Assembly (NCBI GenBank): GCA_041658985.1
Contig: JBAZZC010000006.1
Span: forward strand, 2,369 to 66,368
Length of the DNA stretch: 64,000 nucleotides
Source of the DNA: Minisyncoccota bacterium
GTDB taxonomy: Bacteria > Patescibacteriota > Minisyncoccia > Phycocordibacterales > DATDWN01
Direction: 5' to 3'
Part shown: piece by piece, positions 29,755-39,712 of the stretch
Numbering within the stretch: the first letter of the stretch is position 1
How the letters are laid out: each line of letters starts with the position of its first letter
The notes under the pieces: model-generated
Database searches by the model: none
Told to the model about the DNA's origin: nothing
Seen by the model: only the letters and a program-made list of their open reading frames with translations
Made by a program: the position numbers and the translations under genes

Positions 29755-29931
29755 TTCTGTATTTGAAAGTTTTTCTTTCTTAATAGACTTTCTCTTCTCT
29801 CTCCAAAGTATAAACCATACTACACCAATAATAACTAGAAGAAATACCCCTTTAGTTTCTAAAGTGATTTCCCAGAAGACTTTTATTAAATCTATTACTA
29901 ATCTAGATACTGAACCCATATTTTTATATTA
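29755..29931 (-). CDS. 58-aa single-TM membrane peptide
   Basis: MGSVSRLVIDLIKVFWEITLETKGVFLLVIIGVVWFILWREKRK... Absent from the ORF track, which omits ORFs under 60 aa. Confidence 0.3.
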
Positions 29932-30000
29932 TATAGAGGTGTTTGAACTATTTAATTTATTTTTTCGGTGTCTCTTTGCCAATGTAAAAGTTTAGTTAAG

Positions 30001-30147
30001 GAGCATAAATCTCATCGGGAACACATCCATCTGAAGGACTCCCCTGAGAAGGTTCTGAAGGAGAAATTACAGCTTGTACTATGAACCACAATACGAGCAC
30101 TATAACTAAAACAAATATCCAGTCAGATAGATTTTTCATATATTTTA
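30001..30147 (-). CDS. 48-aa secreted/membrane peptide
   Basis: MKNLSDWIFVLVIVLVLWFIVQAVISPSEPSQGSPSDGCVPDEIYAP. Overlaps the start of the upstream gene by 3 nt. Confidence 0.3.
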
Positions 30148-30660
30148 TTTATTTTTTGGTTTGTCTAAATCTTCAGGAGTAAAGCCATTTTCAGATAGTA
30201 GTATATCTCTAAAATAAATACCCCCAATCCTTCTTACAGTTTCAAGGCTCATCCCATATTTATAGGAAGTCTCTTTTAGTTTAGATTCAAAATCTCCAAA
30301 ATCTAGTTTATCAAAACAATCAAAGGCATTCTCTTGAATATCATATTGATTTGTTAAATCTTTTTTAAATCCACACCTAGAAATAAGCATGTTTTTGTTT
30401 TTATTAATATATTCTTTTAGTCCACTATTTTCTAATATCTCAACTCCCCTAGGAAGTAGTTTTATTGGTGAAGCTGAACCAAAAGCGTTATCCATCCTAC
30501 CCTCAAGTTTAGTGATACTTTCTTTAATCCACGTTATTGAGGTTTCAATACCTGTAAAACGTCCTCCAGATTTCCATGCAATAATAATAAGAGAACCTGA
30601 GATAGTTACGATTACTCCAATAAATTGAGGCCATCCAATTTGTATAACAAGATTTTCCAT
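30145..30660 (-). CDS. Membrane-anchored hypothetical protein (N-terminal TM plus 140-aa soluble domain)
   Basis: 171-aa ORF with no recognisable family. Part of a four-gene small-protein operon next to the tRNA and IS. Confidence 0.45.
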   Translation of the reverse strand: MENLVIQIGWPQFIGVIVTISGSLIIIAWKSGGRFTGIETSITWIKESITKLEGRMDNAFGSASPIKLLPRGVEILENSGLKEYINKNKNMLISRCGFKKDLTNQYDIQENAFDCFDKLDFGDFESKLKETSYKYGMSLETVRRIGGIYFRDILLSENGFTPEDLDKPKNK

Positions 30661-30743
30661 TTGATTTAATTATATCATTTTTAACAATAAAGGAATAACG
30701 AGACACATTACTCCTAATGGGGAGGAGTGCGGGTATATGACTT

Positions 30744-30971
30744 TTATTCCTTTATTTCAACGTGTTTCCACCACCCTATAAAGATACTAAGCATAACAGC
30801 CGAAAAAACAAACAATGCCCACCATTTTGAGGAAAAAGGTTCAAATTGTAAACCCCTGATAAATAAATCCAAAATGTTAGTAATAAAAAATGTACCTATA
30901 AGAAATCCCACCATCCTTACAATTTTATTCATAACATCATTATAGACTAGTTTATTTATATTTGAAAACAT
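30744..30971 (-). CDS. 75-aa two-TM membrane protein
   Basis: Hydrophobic ORF heading the operon. Confidence 0.35.
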   Translation of the reverse strand: MFSNINKLVYNDVMNKIVRMVGFLIGTFFITNILDLFIRGLQFEPFSSKWWALFVFSAVMLSIFIGWWKHVEIKE

Positions 30972-31095
30972 GAGTTATGTCGCTATGGGATATGCATGGA
31001 TAACTCAAAAGAAAAACTGACTGTTTAATTTATTTCAAGATTGTGATAGATTTACGGTAGACACGGGCCAAGAGGCCCAAACAAGGAGCTAGACA

Positions 31096-31317
31096 ATGCG
31101 ACTGCGAGTACAACTACCAGCTCTTGAGATCCAACCCCCGAACTTCGACGATTTTTCTTCTGGGAGAACTATCCCAGAGACTGTTCCGAAGAGATGGCGA
31201 CTGCGAGAAGGCGATATCATTCCGTGGAAGTTCAAGATGTTCAACGGAACCGCCATCGTGGTCTCGGCGACAACTATTTCTGGAGAGTGTGTCGCTACTC
31301 TCAAGAACGGGCTCTAG
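31096..31317 (+). CDS. GC-rich cassette gene: 73-aa hypothetical protein
   Basis: RBS CAAGGAG 8 nt before the ATG. Followed by the terminator CCGCCTACACAACCCGTTGTGTGAGGCGG plus TTTGTGTTT at 31337-31375. Confidence 0.45.
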   Translation: MRLRVQLPALEIQPPNFDDFSSGRTIPETVPKRWRLREGDIIPWKFKMFNGTAIVVSATTISGECVATLKNGL

Positions 31318-31336
31318 TTCGTCGCCCGATAACCCC

Positions 31337-31375
31337 CCGCCTACACAACCCGTTGTGTGAGGCGGGTTTGTGTTT
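31337..31375 (+). terminator. Intrinsic terminator of the 31096 cassette
   Basis: 13-bp stem with a 3-nt loop, followed by a T-run. Confidence 0.6.
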
Positions 31376-31862
31376 ACACAATGTCACCTATTATTGGATT
31401 AACCAAGTCAGCATAGTCAGTTGATTTCATTCCGATAGAAAAACTTTTGTCTCCTGCATTAAAAATAATTTTTTCTTGCTGTAACAATCCCCTATCAACA
31501 TAAATAGATAGGTTAAACAAGTTCCCAAAGGGCGGAACTCCCCCAAGCAGTACCCCATTTGTGATTTTCAAAACCTCTTCTTCTGTGGCAAATCTGATAT
31601 CAGACAGACCAAACTGTTCTTTTATTTTTGCTGTATCAAATTTTTTACTGCCTTGTACAACAAACATTACAAAAAGTTTGCCAACGCCAGGCTTTTTTAC
31701 CCGAGTAATAAGAGCTTTTGCTCCCTGGTCTATTGTGTAGCCAGTACGAACCCTTGAGGCTTCCTCACTTGTCCTCACCGGCTCGTGTTCAAAGGTCTCA
31801 AACCAATAACCACTGTTTGTTAAAATTCTCTTTATTATCTCCGTTAGCTGGTGGTAAATCAC
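31374..31862 (-). CDS. YbaK/ProX-type aminoacyl-tRNA deacylase
   Basis: 162 aa with the YbaK fold motif (...GGVPPFGN...). Confidence 0.65.
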   Translation of the reverse strand: MIYHQLTEIIKRILTNSGYWFETFEHEPVRTSEEASRVRTGYTIDQGAKALITRVKKPGVGKLFVMFVVQGSKKFDTAKIKEQFGLSDIRFATEEEVLKITNGVLLGGVPPFGNLFNLSIYVDRGLLQQEKIIFNAGDKSFSIGMKSTDYADLVNPIIGDIV

Positions 31863-31946
31863 GAGTAATAAACTATAAGATTTATAAAATTGAAAGCGAT
31901 TCCTTTCACAAGGAGACTTCTTGAAGAATTAATGAGAAAATCCTCT

Positions 31947-32789
31947 TTAATCATTAATAAAAGCCCCGTACATAGTAGATAAACCATTACTGAAATAAAT
32001 ACTTCTTATCGCCTTCTTTTTCGGGTTATCATTTATGATTTCATTTTTTAAATAATGTTCACCAAGTTTTCCTTCTGTTCTTACTTCTTCAATTCCACAC
32101 AAAGGCCTCAATTGTTCTTCAAAATATAAAAAGAGTCTTTTTGGAGCGTTTATATCACTACCCTCTAGAGAAGATGTTGATGTAATACCATTTTTTTTAA
32201 GAAGTTCGTAGGCTTTAGTTCTTACTTCTGCTACCATATCATACACCATATCTCGGACCCCAGAATTTACTGGATTTCCACTATCATTAAATGATTCATC
32301 AATTTTTGAAATTATTTTATCAACTTCTTTTTCTAATACTTTAATTTCTGCTTTTATTCCCTCATCTCTTATTTCTATTCCACGATCTATTACAGCTTCC
32401 CCTTGAATTTCTTCAAAAACAGCAGGCTGGGAAGCTAATAAAGCAAGTCTCTCTTTTTCGGCGTCAAATTGATTCTTGCGTATCCTTATCAATCCTTCAA
32501 CTTTTTTTAATTCGGCCTCATCAGATCTGGTAAATTCGCCAGTTTCTCTCATACTAACAAACATAGTTCGTAATGTCTCGGCTTCCTGTAATAACTCAAA
32601 TAACCCTGGAAGGTTACTGGCCAATTCCCTATGTAACTTAACTTTTTCCTCTAGATAAGATTGTTGTCTTTTTTTTAATCTGACTATTGTTTCTCTTAAT
32701 AGTCTTGTTTGCTCCACAATTCCATCTTCAGTCAAATCAGCATCTTCATTTTTTTCCACTTCTTCTGTTTTAGATCCTTCTTCGCTCAT
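31947..32789 (-). CDS. Coiled-coil hypothetical protein (start trimmed to MSEEGSK)
   Basis: ~280 aa, Glu/Lys-rich and heptad-like. No family recognised. Confidence 0.4.
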   Translation of the reverse strand: MSEEGSKTEEVEKNEDADLTEDGIVEQTRLLRETIVRLKKRQQSYLEEKVKLHRELASNLPGLFELLQEAETLRTMFVSMRETGEFTRSDEAELKKVEGLIRIRKNQFDAEKERLALLASQPAVFEEIQGEAVIDRGIEIRDEGIKAEIKVLEKEVDKIISKIDESFNDSGNPVNSGVRDMVYDMVAEVRTKAYELLKKNGITSTSSLEGSDINAPKRLFLYFEEQLRPLCGIEEVRTEGKLGEHYLKNEIINDNPKKKAIRSIYFSNGLSTMYGAFIND

Positions 32790-33029
32790 GTTTTTATAAG
32801 CTAATTCTAATAACATTATTCTACTCCCCCTAAAAAAGATTACAAGGCCCAAATCCCTAAGGAGTCTCCTTGGGGAATGGTCATCGTTCTAGTAGACAGC
32901 AAAATTTTACAATAAAACCCCGCCGTAGAAAATCTACGCGGGGTCCAGAAACACGGGAGGGCTAAGGTCAAAGGGTCCAAGAAGGACACAGTGACCTTAG
33001 CCCTAAGTGCTAACTTGCCTGCCCCGTAG

Positions 33030-33389
33030 TCAGCTTTGCTGTACTACTGGGGCGAGAACGGCAGACATGTTGATGACGTTGAAGTCGCCACCCAGCCAGC
33101 GCACGTCCCAACGCCATTTGCCGTCGAGGTTGCCCCAGTAGAGGTACAGGACGCAACGAAGACCACCTGGGTTCCGAAGAACCGTGCCATCAAAGGTGAT
33201 GAACTGGATGTTCCCGTTCACCCGTTCCTTCCATGTCTCGGGAATGAGGTGCTGATTGCACCAGAAGAACAGAAACACGACCGCGTCGAGGCGGATGTGC
33301 CTCAAGGCCACCAGTCGTTTCAGCCTCTTTTCGCCTTTAACCGACAACTCGCCAGTCTTGAGCGTCGACACCAGGCGAACTTGGTCCAT
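33030..33389 (-). CDS. GC-rich cassette gene B (119 aa, hypothetical)
   Basis: ~58% GC and co-directional with 33477-33719. Confidence 0.35.
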   Translation of the reverse strand: MDQVRLVSTLKTGELSVKGEKRLKRLVALRHIRLDAVVFLFFWCNQHLIPETWKERVNGNIQFITFDGTVLRNPGGLRCVLYLYWGNLDGKWRWDVRWLGGDFNVINMSAVLAPVVQQS

Positions 33390-33476
33390 ATTGATCTCGG
33401 TCAGCCCGAGTGAGCGAACGTCCTGTTCCTCACTGCCCGTGAGACCGTTGCCATTGGCTGGACCTTTCCAGATCGT

Positions 33477-33719
33477 CTAGCCCGTGCCGATGAAGGCGGA
33501 GTCGAACGATTTGGGTCGGTCGATAATGACCCTGAACGCACTGACGATAAGGCGAGCACCGTTCTTGAGGAAGGCGGTGAATCTCTTACCGAATTCCTCG
33601 GGTGTGAGTTCGATCACTTCATTCTGAAGTGACCCTCCGTCGAGTTCATCCCAGTTGACCTGGGTTCCAACCCGAGCAGAGATTTGCAGAGCTTGACCGC
33701 GTGATACGGCTTGACTCAT
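33477..33719 (-). CDS. GC-rich cassette gene A (80 aa, hypothetical)
   Basis: ATG at 33719. A 16-bp perfect inverted repeat lies just upstream. Confidence 0.35.
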   Translation of the reverse strand: MSQAVSRGQALQISARVGTQVNWDELDGGSLQNEVIELTPEEFGKRFTAFLKNGARLIVSAFRVIIDRPKSFDSAFIGTG

Positions 33720-33756
33720 GACATCTCTCCCTTTCTTGCTAGAGGACTCCCGATGT

Positions 33757-33809
33757 GGTAGTCATAGCCAAAAAATCTCATATCTATAAGACCTTTTGGC
33801 TATGACTAC
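33757..33809. promoter_or_regulatory. 16-bp perfect inverted repeat GTAGTCATAGCCAAAA-N21-TTTTGGCTATGACTAC (operator-like)
   Basis: Lies between the capA-like gene's 3' end and the start of the GC cassette at 33477-33719. Confidence 0.4.
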
Positions 33810-33870
33810 TCGCAAGTTAGTGTGTTAAAGAACTTGATCTACTACATTAGACACCTTTTAGGTAACCACG

Positions 33871-34917
33871 TCAAGATATCGGGGTAATTTCAAAACTACA
33901 TCCAGCCGGATTTAGACTTTTTAAATACTTCTCACAAAAAACAGTTCTTTCATCACCCACCATAAATTCTGGAGCAAATACTTTTATATTAAATGGAAAC
34001 AAAGTATAAACACTTTTTGAGTCCTGAAATTCAACTCCCACCCCAAGCCCCACAGTTGTATCTCCAAAATTTTGGTCGAAAACAAAATTACCAAGAGAAT
34101 AGAAAACCATTTTACCTTTATATATTTCCATCGGCTCTACCACATGTGGATGGTGACCAAATATAACGTCAGCCCCGTTGTCTATAAGCTTATGAGCTAT
34201 ATCAATTTGTGTACTATTGGCTTCTAGTTTGTATTCTTCTCCCCAATGAATATTAACTACGATATAATCATTTTCTGAATCTAGTTTCTTTATTAAAGCA
34301 TAAGCCTTGTCGGTAAGAGCTGGCGAAATCGTCTGGTCTATTCCTACAAAAGCCATCCTTTTATCATTAACCATAACCAACCTATAACTTTCTTCTAGTT
34401 CTTGATCTCCAATATAACTGATCCCAAATTGCTTTAGATACTGTTTGGTGCTTTCATACCCGACAGAAAAACAGTCACGGCTATGGTTGTTGGCAATATT
34501 GACCATATTTATACCAATGGTTTTTAATAATTCGGGAGTAGTAGAAGCAAATTGAAAGTTATAAGCCTTTTGCTGACACTCGTTTCTATCCATTTCCACA
34601 ATAGGACCTTCTAGGTTTGCAATAATAATGTCAAATTTATCTATAAAATCAAAATCTCTCTTGATGTATTCAAATGGGTCACGCCCTCGGTTTTCTATTA
34701 TATTTCTCACCCCTCTGTCAAACATGACATCACCAAAATTTAAAACGGACGGATAGTTCTTTTGGACAACATCTTGTTTTGTCATATCAACGATACTAGC
34801 CTTCATCTTATCCTTCGACATATCAAAAGAGTAATTATAAATATAATAGTTTGTGCCAAAAAAGAGGGTGAGTAGTATACCTAATAATAAACATTGCAAA
34901 CTATTCATGTTTTGCAT
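33871..34917 (-). CDS. CapA/PgsA-family metallophosphatase (poly-gamma-glutamate/capsule synthesis-like)
   Basis: N-terminal TM segment, DRG...GNHE-like metallophosphoesterase motifs (ANNHSRD, GHHPHV). Confidence 0.65.
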   Translation of the reverse strand: MQNMNSLQCLLLGILLTLFFGTNYYIYNYSFDMSKDKMKASIVDMTKQDVVQKNYPSVLNFGDVMFDRGVRNIIENRGRDPFEYIKRDFDFIDKFDIIIANLEGPIVEMDRNECQQKAYNFQFASTTPELLKTIGINMVNIANNHSRDCFSVGYESTKQYLKQFGISYIGDQELEESYRLVMVNDKRMAFVGIDQTISPALTDKAYALIKKLDSENDYIVVNIHWGEEYKLEANSTQIDIAHKLIDNGADVIFGHHPHVVEPMEIYKGKMVFYSLGNFVFDQNFGDTTVGLGVGVEFQDSKSVYTLFPFNIKVFAPEFMVGDERTVFCEKYLKSLNPAGCSFEITPIS

Positions 34918-34973
34918 TTTAACACAAAATCAGAAATCCAATTTACTACGATATATCGTAGTAAATTGAAATT

Positions 34974-36647
34974 TTATAAAAACAGCCTAGCCAGACGCAA
35001 TTTAAGATAACTTGTCTTCTTTTTTTGTTTTGCCATTAAATTATACACCGGAGAAAGGGTTGTGGTTTTGGTCTTTTTGAAAGCCAACAAAATATCATCC
35101 AACTCACTCCGCTTCAGTTCCCTTTTTAAATATGTCACATCTGGACATTTTTTCGCTATTATCAAGTCTTCAATATGGGAGACAATGGTTTCTTGTTTTA
35201 CTCCCCTGGCCTCGGCAATATCTTTTAATGGAACTTCTTGTTCTAAAAATCCAGCTGTTATTTCCTGTGAAGATTTCTTGACCTCCTTATTCTGCTCTTT
35301 TTCTTTTCGTCGAATTTTTACTTTTTCTTCCGGCTCAATCTTTTTCATCCATTCTTTTTGTTTCTCCAAAATTTCTTCTCGCGACATACTGTCAAGTCGC
35401 GTTCTTGACACCTCAGAATCCTTCTGAAATTTTTGGTCCATCTCTAATACTTCTAAATCCACCTCCAAAGACATGTCGTTAAAACCCAAGAGTTTCATCC
35501 CATCTAAAGATCTAACTCTTGAGAGAGCCACATAACCCATTCCTCTTACAAACGACTTGGACAAATCCACTTCCATAGCATCCAGAGACATTCCTTGACT
35601 TTTGTGTACCGTTATGGCCCAAGCGAGACGAAGAGGACGCTGTGAAATTTCGGCCTTGACTTTTCCTTCTTCCTCAATTTTCCACGATTGAGGCGTAACA
35701 GAAAACTTCATACCATTATTTGTTTCCACAATTGGGTCGCCAAAAGAATTAAAATCTACCACTACTCCCAATGTACCATTTACATACCCACCTTCAGCGT
35801 GGTTTTTAGTAAACATAACTCTTGCTCCCTTTTTTAATTCAAGCACTTCTGGTGAAAGACAGTTTTTCTTCAGGGTCTCTGCTAGATTCCGTGCGCCTTT
35901 TGATGTCATGTGATAATCTTTTTTTGGAGTACTCAAAAGGTCAAGGTATTTTTTGTTAACCACATCCACATCTATATTGTGAGTGTATAGTCTAGTAGAT
36001 TCCTTGCCTGACTGCGGGTCCTTATCTAGACGAGATTTTAGAAGTTCAAGTGTCTCAACATCAACTTTATTTTTTCTAATTTTGTTTAATATAGAAAGAT
36101 AGACATTGTCTTTTTGGCGATGTTGCTCGGATATGTAACAAACTGTTAGTTTCGCATCTTTCCAACAATCAGCTTTGTAAGCAAACTCGGACTCCACAAC
36201 ATTTCCACGAGTAACAGGAGGGAGTTGAAAAAAATCTCCAGACAAAATAACTTGCATTCCGCCAAACGGCCTTTCGTTATGTTTCATTTGCCTGCAAATC
36301 CACTCAATGAGGTCTAGTCTAAAATGATGAAGCATGGAAACTTCATCTATTATCAAAACCCTTGTTCTCTCAAATCTTTTATAGAGATAGGCTCTCTGCA
36401 TCATTTCATCTATATCTCTGTCAGTTAAAACATCTCGCACACCAATTCCCGACCAAGAATGTATAGTCATACCACCAAGATGGGTAGCGGCGATACCAGT
36501 AGAGGCGGTTACCGCAACATCCACAGCATGTGATTTTAAATATTGAATGTAAGAATTAAGCACGTGAGTTTTACCGCTCCCCGCAGGACCGGTCAGAAAG
36601 ACATTTTTACCCATTTTTAATATATCCAGAGCTTCTTGTTGAGTCAC
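34974..36647 (-). CDS. Pif1/RecD-family SF1B helicase with a C-terminal HTH-like tail
   Basis: Walker A GPAGSGKT and Pif1 motifs (DEVSM, VTVHKSQG). 557 aa. Confidence 0.8.
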   Translation of the reverse strand: MTQQEALDILKMGKNVFLTGPAGSGKTHVLNSYIQYLKSHAVDVAVTASTGIAATHLGGMTIHSWSGIGVRDVLTDRDIDEMMQRAYLYKRFERTRVLIIDEVSMLHHFRLDLIEWICRQMKHNERPFGGMQVILSGDFFQLPPVTRGNVVESEFAYKADCWKDAKLTVCYISEQHRQKDNVYLSILNKIRKNKVDVETLELLKSRLDKDPQSGKESTRLYTHNIDVDVVNKKYLDLLSTPKKDYHMTSKGARNLAETLKKNCLSPEVLELKKGARVMFTKNHAEGGYVNGTLGVVVDFNSFGDPIVETNNGMKFSVTPQSWKIEEEGKVKAEISQRPLRLAWAITVHKSQGMSLDAMEVDLSKSFVRGMGYVALSRVRSLDGMKLLGFNDMSLEVDLEVLEMDQKFQKDSEVSRTRLDSMSREEILEKQKEWMKKIEPEEKVKIRRKEKEQNKEVKKSSQEITAGFLEQEVPLKDIAEARGVKQETIVSHIEDLIIAKKCPDVTYLKRELKRSELDDILLAFKKTKTTTLSPVYNLMAKQKKKTSYLKLRLARLFL

Positions 36648-36733
36648 TGTGTTATTGTATCAGTTTGAAAGTTCTTTATAACACTTGACAAATACTAATA
36701 ATGGTTTAATATCTCTTTTGGAAGGAGCCCAAT

Positions 36734-36946
36734 ATGACTGAGTACAGGACAGTAGCTGGCCCGACTATTTCAACAATACAGATAGGGGGGGTCAGCAACG
36801 CGACAGTGACAGACATGGAGAATCCGTGTCTCAACAAAATGGTCAAAGAAGGGTGGGAGATTCACGCCGTCATCACCCATCACTCCATCAACCCCGACTG
36901 CACCGCAATCGCATTCATTATGGAGAGAAAGGTGGAGGAGGAATAA
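36734..36946 (+). CDS. GC-rich cassette gene: DUF4177-like 70-aa protein
   Basis: RBS GGAAGGAG. MTEYRTV...LNKMVKEGWEIHAVI resembles DUF4177. Terminator CCGCCGAGAAACCGCCAAACGGTCTCCGGCGG plus TTTTCT at 36950-36990. Confidence 0.45.
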   Translation: MTEYRTVAGPTISTIQIGGVSNATVTDMENPCLNKMVKEGWEIHAVITHHSINPDCTAIAFIMERKVEEE

Positions 36947-37171
36947 CACCGCCGAGAAACCGCCAAACGGTCTCCGGCGGTTTTCTCAATTAAAAATCTC
37001 GTTGAGTCATGTCTTGAGAAAGGCCTTTCGCAGGAGTTTAGAAAATAAAGGAAGTATTCTGACTATTATTTTCTTGAACGACGAGAAGTTCGCTAGCTCA
37101 CCAGAGCTAGATAGATTGCCTTTCGAGAGATATGACGAGAAAGAGATTTTGAAAGTATTTATAGTGAAAAA

Positions 37172-37831
37172 TTATTTGCTCTCTTTTTTCCATTTTTCAA
37201 TTTCCGTATGATTTCCTGAAAGTAGAACTTTTGGCACTTTATATTTTTTTCCTTTATATTCAAAAATTTCGGGGCGAGTATAAACATCATGACTTGAAAT
37301 ACGAGATTCTTCTAGAGAATCAAAATTGCCGAGTACACCCTTCACCTGCCTTGCTACACAATCTAGAACAACCATAGCTGGTAGTTCCCCACCAGTTAAT
37401 ACGAAAGGTCCGACAGAGACTTCTTCCATTTTAAATATTTTTTTTACCCGTGCATCTATGCCCTCATATCTACCACAAACAAAAATGATATCTGTGTATT
37501 TTTTTGCTGTTTTTTTTGCATAGTCAGTTGTAAATTGTTTTCCACCAGGTGAGAAAAATACAATCTTTATTTTTGATTTTGTACTCAACTTGGACATCCG
37601 ATGTCCAAGTGCTTTTTGAATGGCTTTTATTACTGGAAGCGCTTGCAGTACCATCCCCGGGCCACCACTATATGGTTTCTGGTCTATATGTCTCCATTTA
37701 TTATCAGAAAAATCCCGAGGATTATAGAAACTAACTTTTATTTTTTTATCTTTTATGGCCCGCGCAATAATAGACTCGTTTAGATACGAGCTGAAACTGT
37801 TAGGAAATAGTGTAATAATGTGAAATCGCAT
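37172..37831 (-). CDS. trmD: tRNA (guanine37-N1)-methyltransferase TrmD
   Basis: SPOUT knot motifs (CGRYEGIDAR, PFVLTGGE). TTCAAA...TATAAAT ends 5 nt before the ATG, suggesting a leaderless mRNA. Confidence 0.9.
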   Translation of the reverse strand: MRFHIITLFPNSFSSYLNESIIARAIKDKKIKVSFYNPRDFSDNKWRHIDQKPYSGGPGMVLQALPVIKAIQKALGHRMSKLSTKSKIKIVFFSPGGKQFTTDYAKKTAKKYTDIIFVCGRYEGIDARVKKIFKMEEVSVGPFVLTGGELPAMVVLDCVARQVKGVLGNFDSLEESRISSHDVYTRPEIFEYKGKKYKVPKVLLSGNHTEIEKWKKESK

Positions 37832-37927
37832 TTAATATTTATAACACAAATTCTATGTTTTGAACAGACACGAAAAAGGAGGGGTGGCATCCCCCTCCTC
37901 TAGCCACACGACACCAGACCCAGATGT

Positions 37928-38233
37928 CTAGCCGACGACCTTACGAAATAGCCTCGCAAATTCGGCTGGTCCGTACACATCCACCTTGTGACCAGGGAAT
38001 ATCACGACCTTATCCCCGGAATTAACAAAGTTTCTGGTGCCGTCAACCACGAAATCGTACCGTGGAAAATTCTTGTGTTGGTTGCAGGTGTATGAATCCG
38101 TGGCGTCACAGGAGCACCGAACGAGTTTGACCACGAAGATGTTGCTGTTCGGGCCTGACGGAGCGAAAGTCTGTACTTTCACCCGCACAGGAATGGTCTC
38201 GTACGCTTCTGGCTCGACAGATCTGTTACTCAT
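37928..38233 (-). CDS. GC-rich cassette gene (101 aa) inserted between the KH gene and trmD
   Basis: Own promoter TTGACT-17-TACTAT, RBS GGGGGT, and terminator AGGAGGGG-GATGCCA-CCCCTCCT plus U-run at 37880-37915. Confidence 0.45.
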   Translation of the reverse strand: MSNRSVEPEAYETIPVRVKVQTFAPSGPNSNIFVVKLVRCSCDATDSYTCNQHKNFPRYDFVVDGTRNFVNSGDKVVIFPGHKVDVYGPAEFARLFRKVVG

Positions 38234-38317
38234 AATACCCCCAAAAAACTGGTTGTCATTGATGTTCCAATCTGATAGTAGAATGTGCCAAATTAACAAA
38301 TTAGTCAATATAAACAA

Positions 38318-38345
38318 AAAACACCCGGCAGGTGTTTTTTGTTTA
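38318..38345. terminator. Bidirectional intrinsic terminator (AAAAAACACC-CGGCA-GGTGTTTTTT)
   Basis: Closes the rpsP-KH transcript before the GC cassette. The stem is flanked by A-runs and T-runs on both strands. Confidence 0.55.
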
Positions 38346-38489
38346 AAATTTAATTTAAATTTATATCTTTAAGGTCCTAAAGGATAATTTTGAGTGAAGT
38401 TCAAGGCGCGAAGTTTTGTTTGTGACCAAGCTGTATAGAAATACTGCGCGTGGAACAAACAAAACAAGCAACGCAGAAATTCGCCAAAA

Positions 38490-38804
38490 TTAGATCTTTA
38501 GGTCGGCCATTGCGTCGTCAAGGGATTTCGTCGCTCCAGCCTTTACCTCTGGCATGCTTCCTGCCGGCTCATTGATTTTTAAATTTACTCTTGAGTTGTT
38601 TTTCATTCCAACTACACGAAGTAGTGTTCTGATAGCCTTTGCTGTATTTCCCTCACGACCAATTATTTTACCCATATCGTCCTTGTGAACGTCTAGGTTC
38701 ATAAGCACTCCCATTTCATCTACTGTCCTCACGATTTTTACATCTTCTGGGTGTTCAACTAATGCCTTAACCACGAAATCTAAAAATTTTACGTCGTTTT
38801 CCAT
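38490..38804 (-). CDS. KH-domain RNA-binding protein (YlqC-like)
   Basis: GKIIGREGNTAKAIRTLL KH motif. Downstream of rpsP as in rpsP-ylqC operons. Confidence 0.8.
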   Translation of the reverse strand: MENDVKFLDFVVKALVEHPEDVKIVRTVDEMGVLMNLDVHKDDMGKIIGREGNTAKAIRTLLRVVGMKNNSRVNLKINEPAGSMPEVKAGATKSLDDAMADLKI

Positions 38805-38964
38805 AATGAATTCTATCGATTAATTGTAAAAGAATACAGAAATATTATATCAACAAAAATTGACTTTCGTCAAACCCGGTAGTGAATTTTGGCATAGGCG
38901 CAGCCATGCTCTGAAAGAGCAATGCCAAAATCTACTACCAGGTCAAACTATCTATTTTAGATGC

Positions 38965-39393
38965 TTATTCTGTTGCTTTCTCTTCAGTCGGAGTGACTGT
39001 TTCTACTGGAGCCTCTACAACAACCTCTGCCTCGGCTGGAGTTTCAACAACTTCTTCTTTGGTCTCTTCTACTGACTCTGTCTTTACTGCCGCCTCTTCT
39101 TTTGCTTCCTTAACGATTGGTTTTTTCAAAGGTAACACATTGATTTTCTTACCATCAATGATTTTTTTCGTCACAAGCATATTATGAACGGTGTGAGAGG
39201 TTTGAGCTCCTTTTGACATCCAATAGGTAACTCTGTCCGCTTTAAAAGTCGAGTCCTCTCCGTGTCTAGAATCAAAATTGCCTAGATTTTCTAAATATTT
39301 ACCACTCTTTGTTGAGTTCTTTGAGTCAGTCAAAACCAACCGAAATGTCGGTTCGTGTTTTCTTCCCACTCTTTGTAATCTAATTTTTAGCAT
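38965..39393 (-). CDS. rpsP: Ribosomal protein S16 with a ~60-aa acidic Glu/Val/Thr-rich C-terminal extension
   Basis: MLKIRLQRVGRKHEPTFRLV... followed by a KEAKEEAAVKTESVEETKEEVV... tail. Confidence 0.85.
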   Translation of the reverse strand: MLKIRLQRVGRKHEPTFRLVLTDSKNSTKSGKYLENLGNFDSRHGEDSTFKADRVTYWMSKGAQTSHTVHNMLVTKKIIDGKKINVLPLKKPIVKEAKEEAAVKTESVEETKEEVVETPAEAEVVVEAPVETVTPTEEKATE

Positions 39394-39712
39394 TATAGAA
39401 CCTAATTCAAAAATAATTGTTAATAAAATAATAAATACTTGATTGTCTAAACACCATAATTTTGGCAAAAAATAGAGTTTCGTCAGTCGCTCGTACAGTT
39501 GTACGCCTCCCTCCTCATCTTCTATTTTTTTCTCAAAATTCTGCTGTTTATACTAATCATTATTTTCTGAATTAGGTTCTGATATACTAACAGAATAAAT
39601 CAAAACGGTCAATTTTAACCAAAAAACGAAAAGGTGCTCGCGACTTGTATCCAACGATCGGACAGCACGAACACCTTTTCCCGACATCAAACTGGTTGTC
39701 ATGAAGCGCCCC

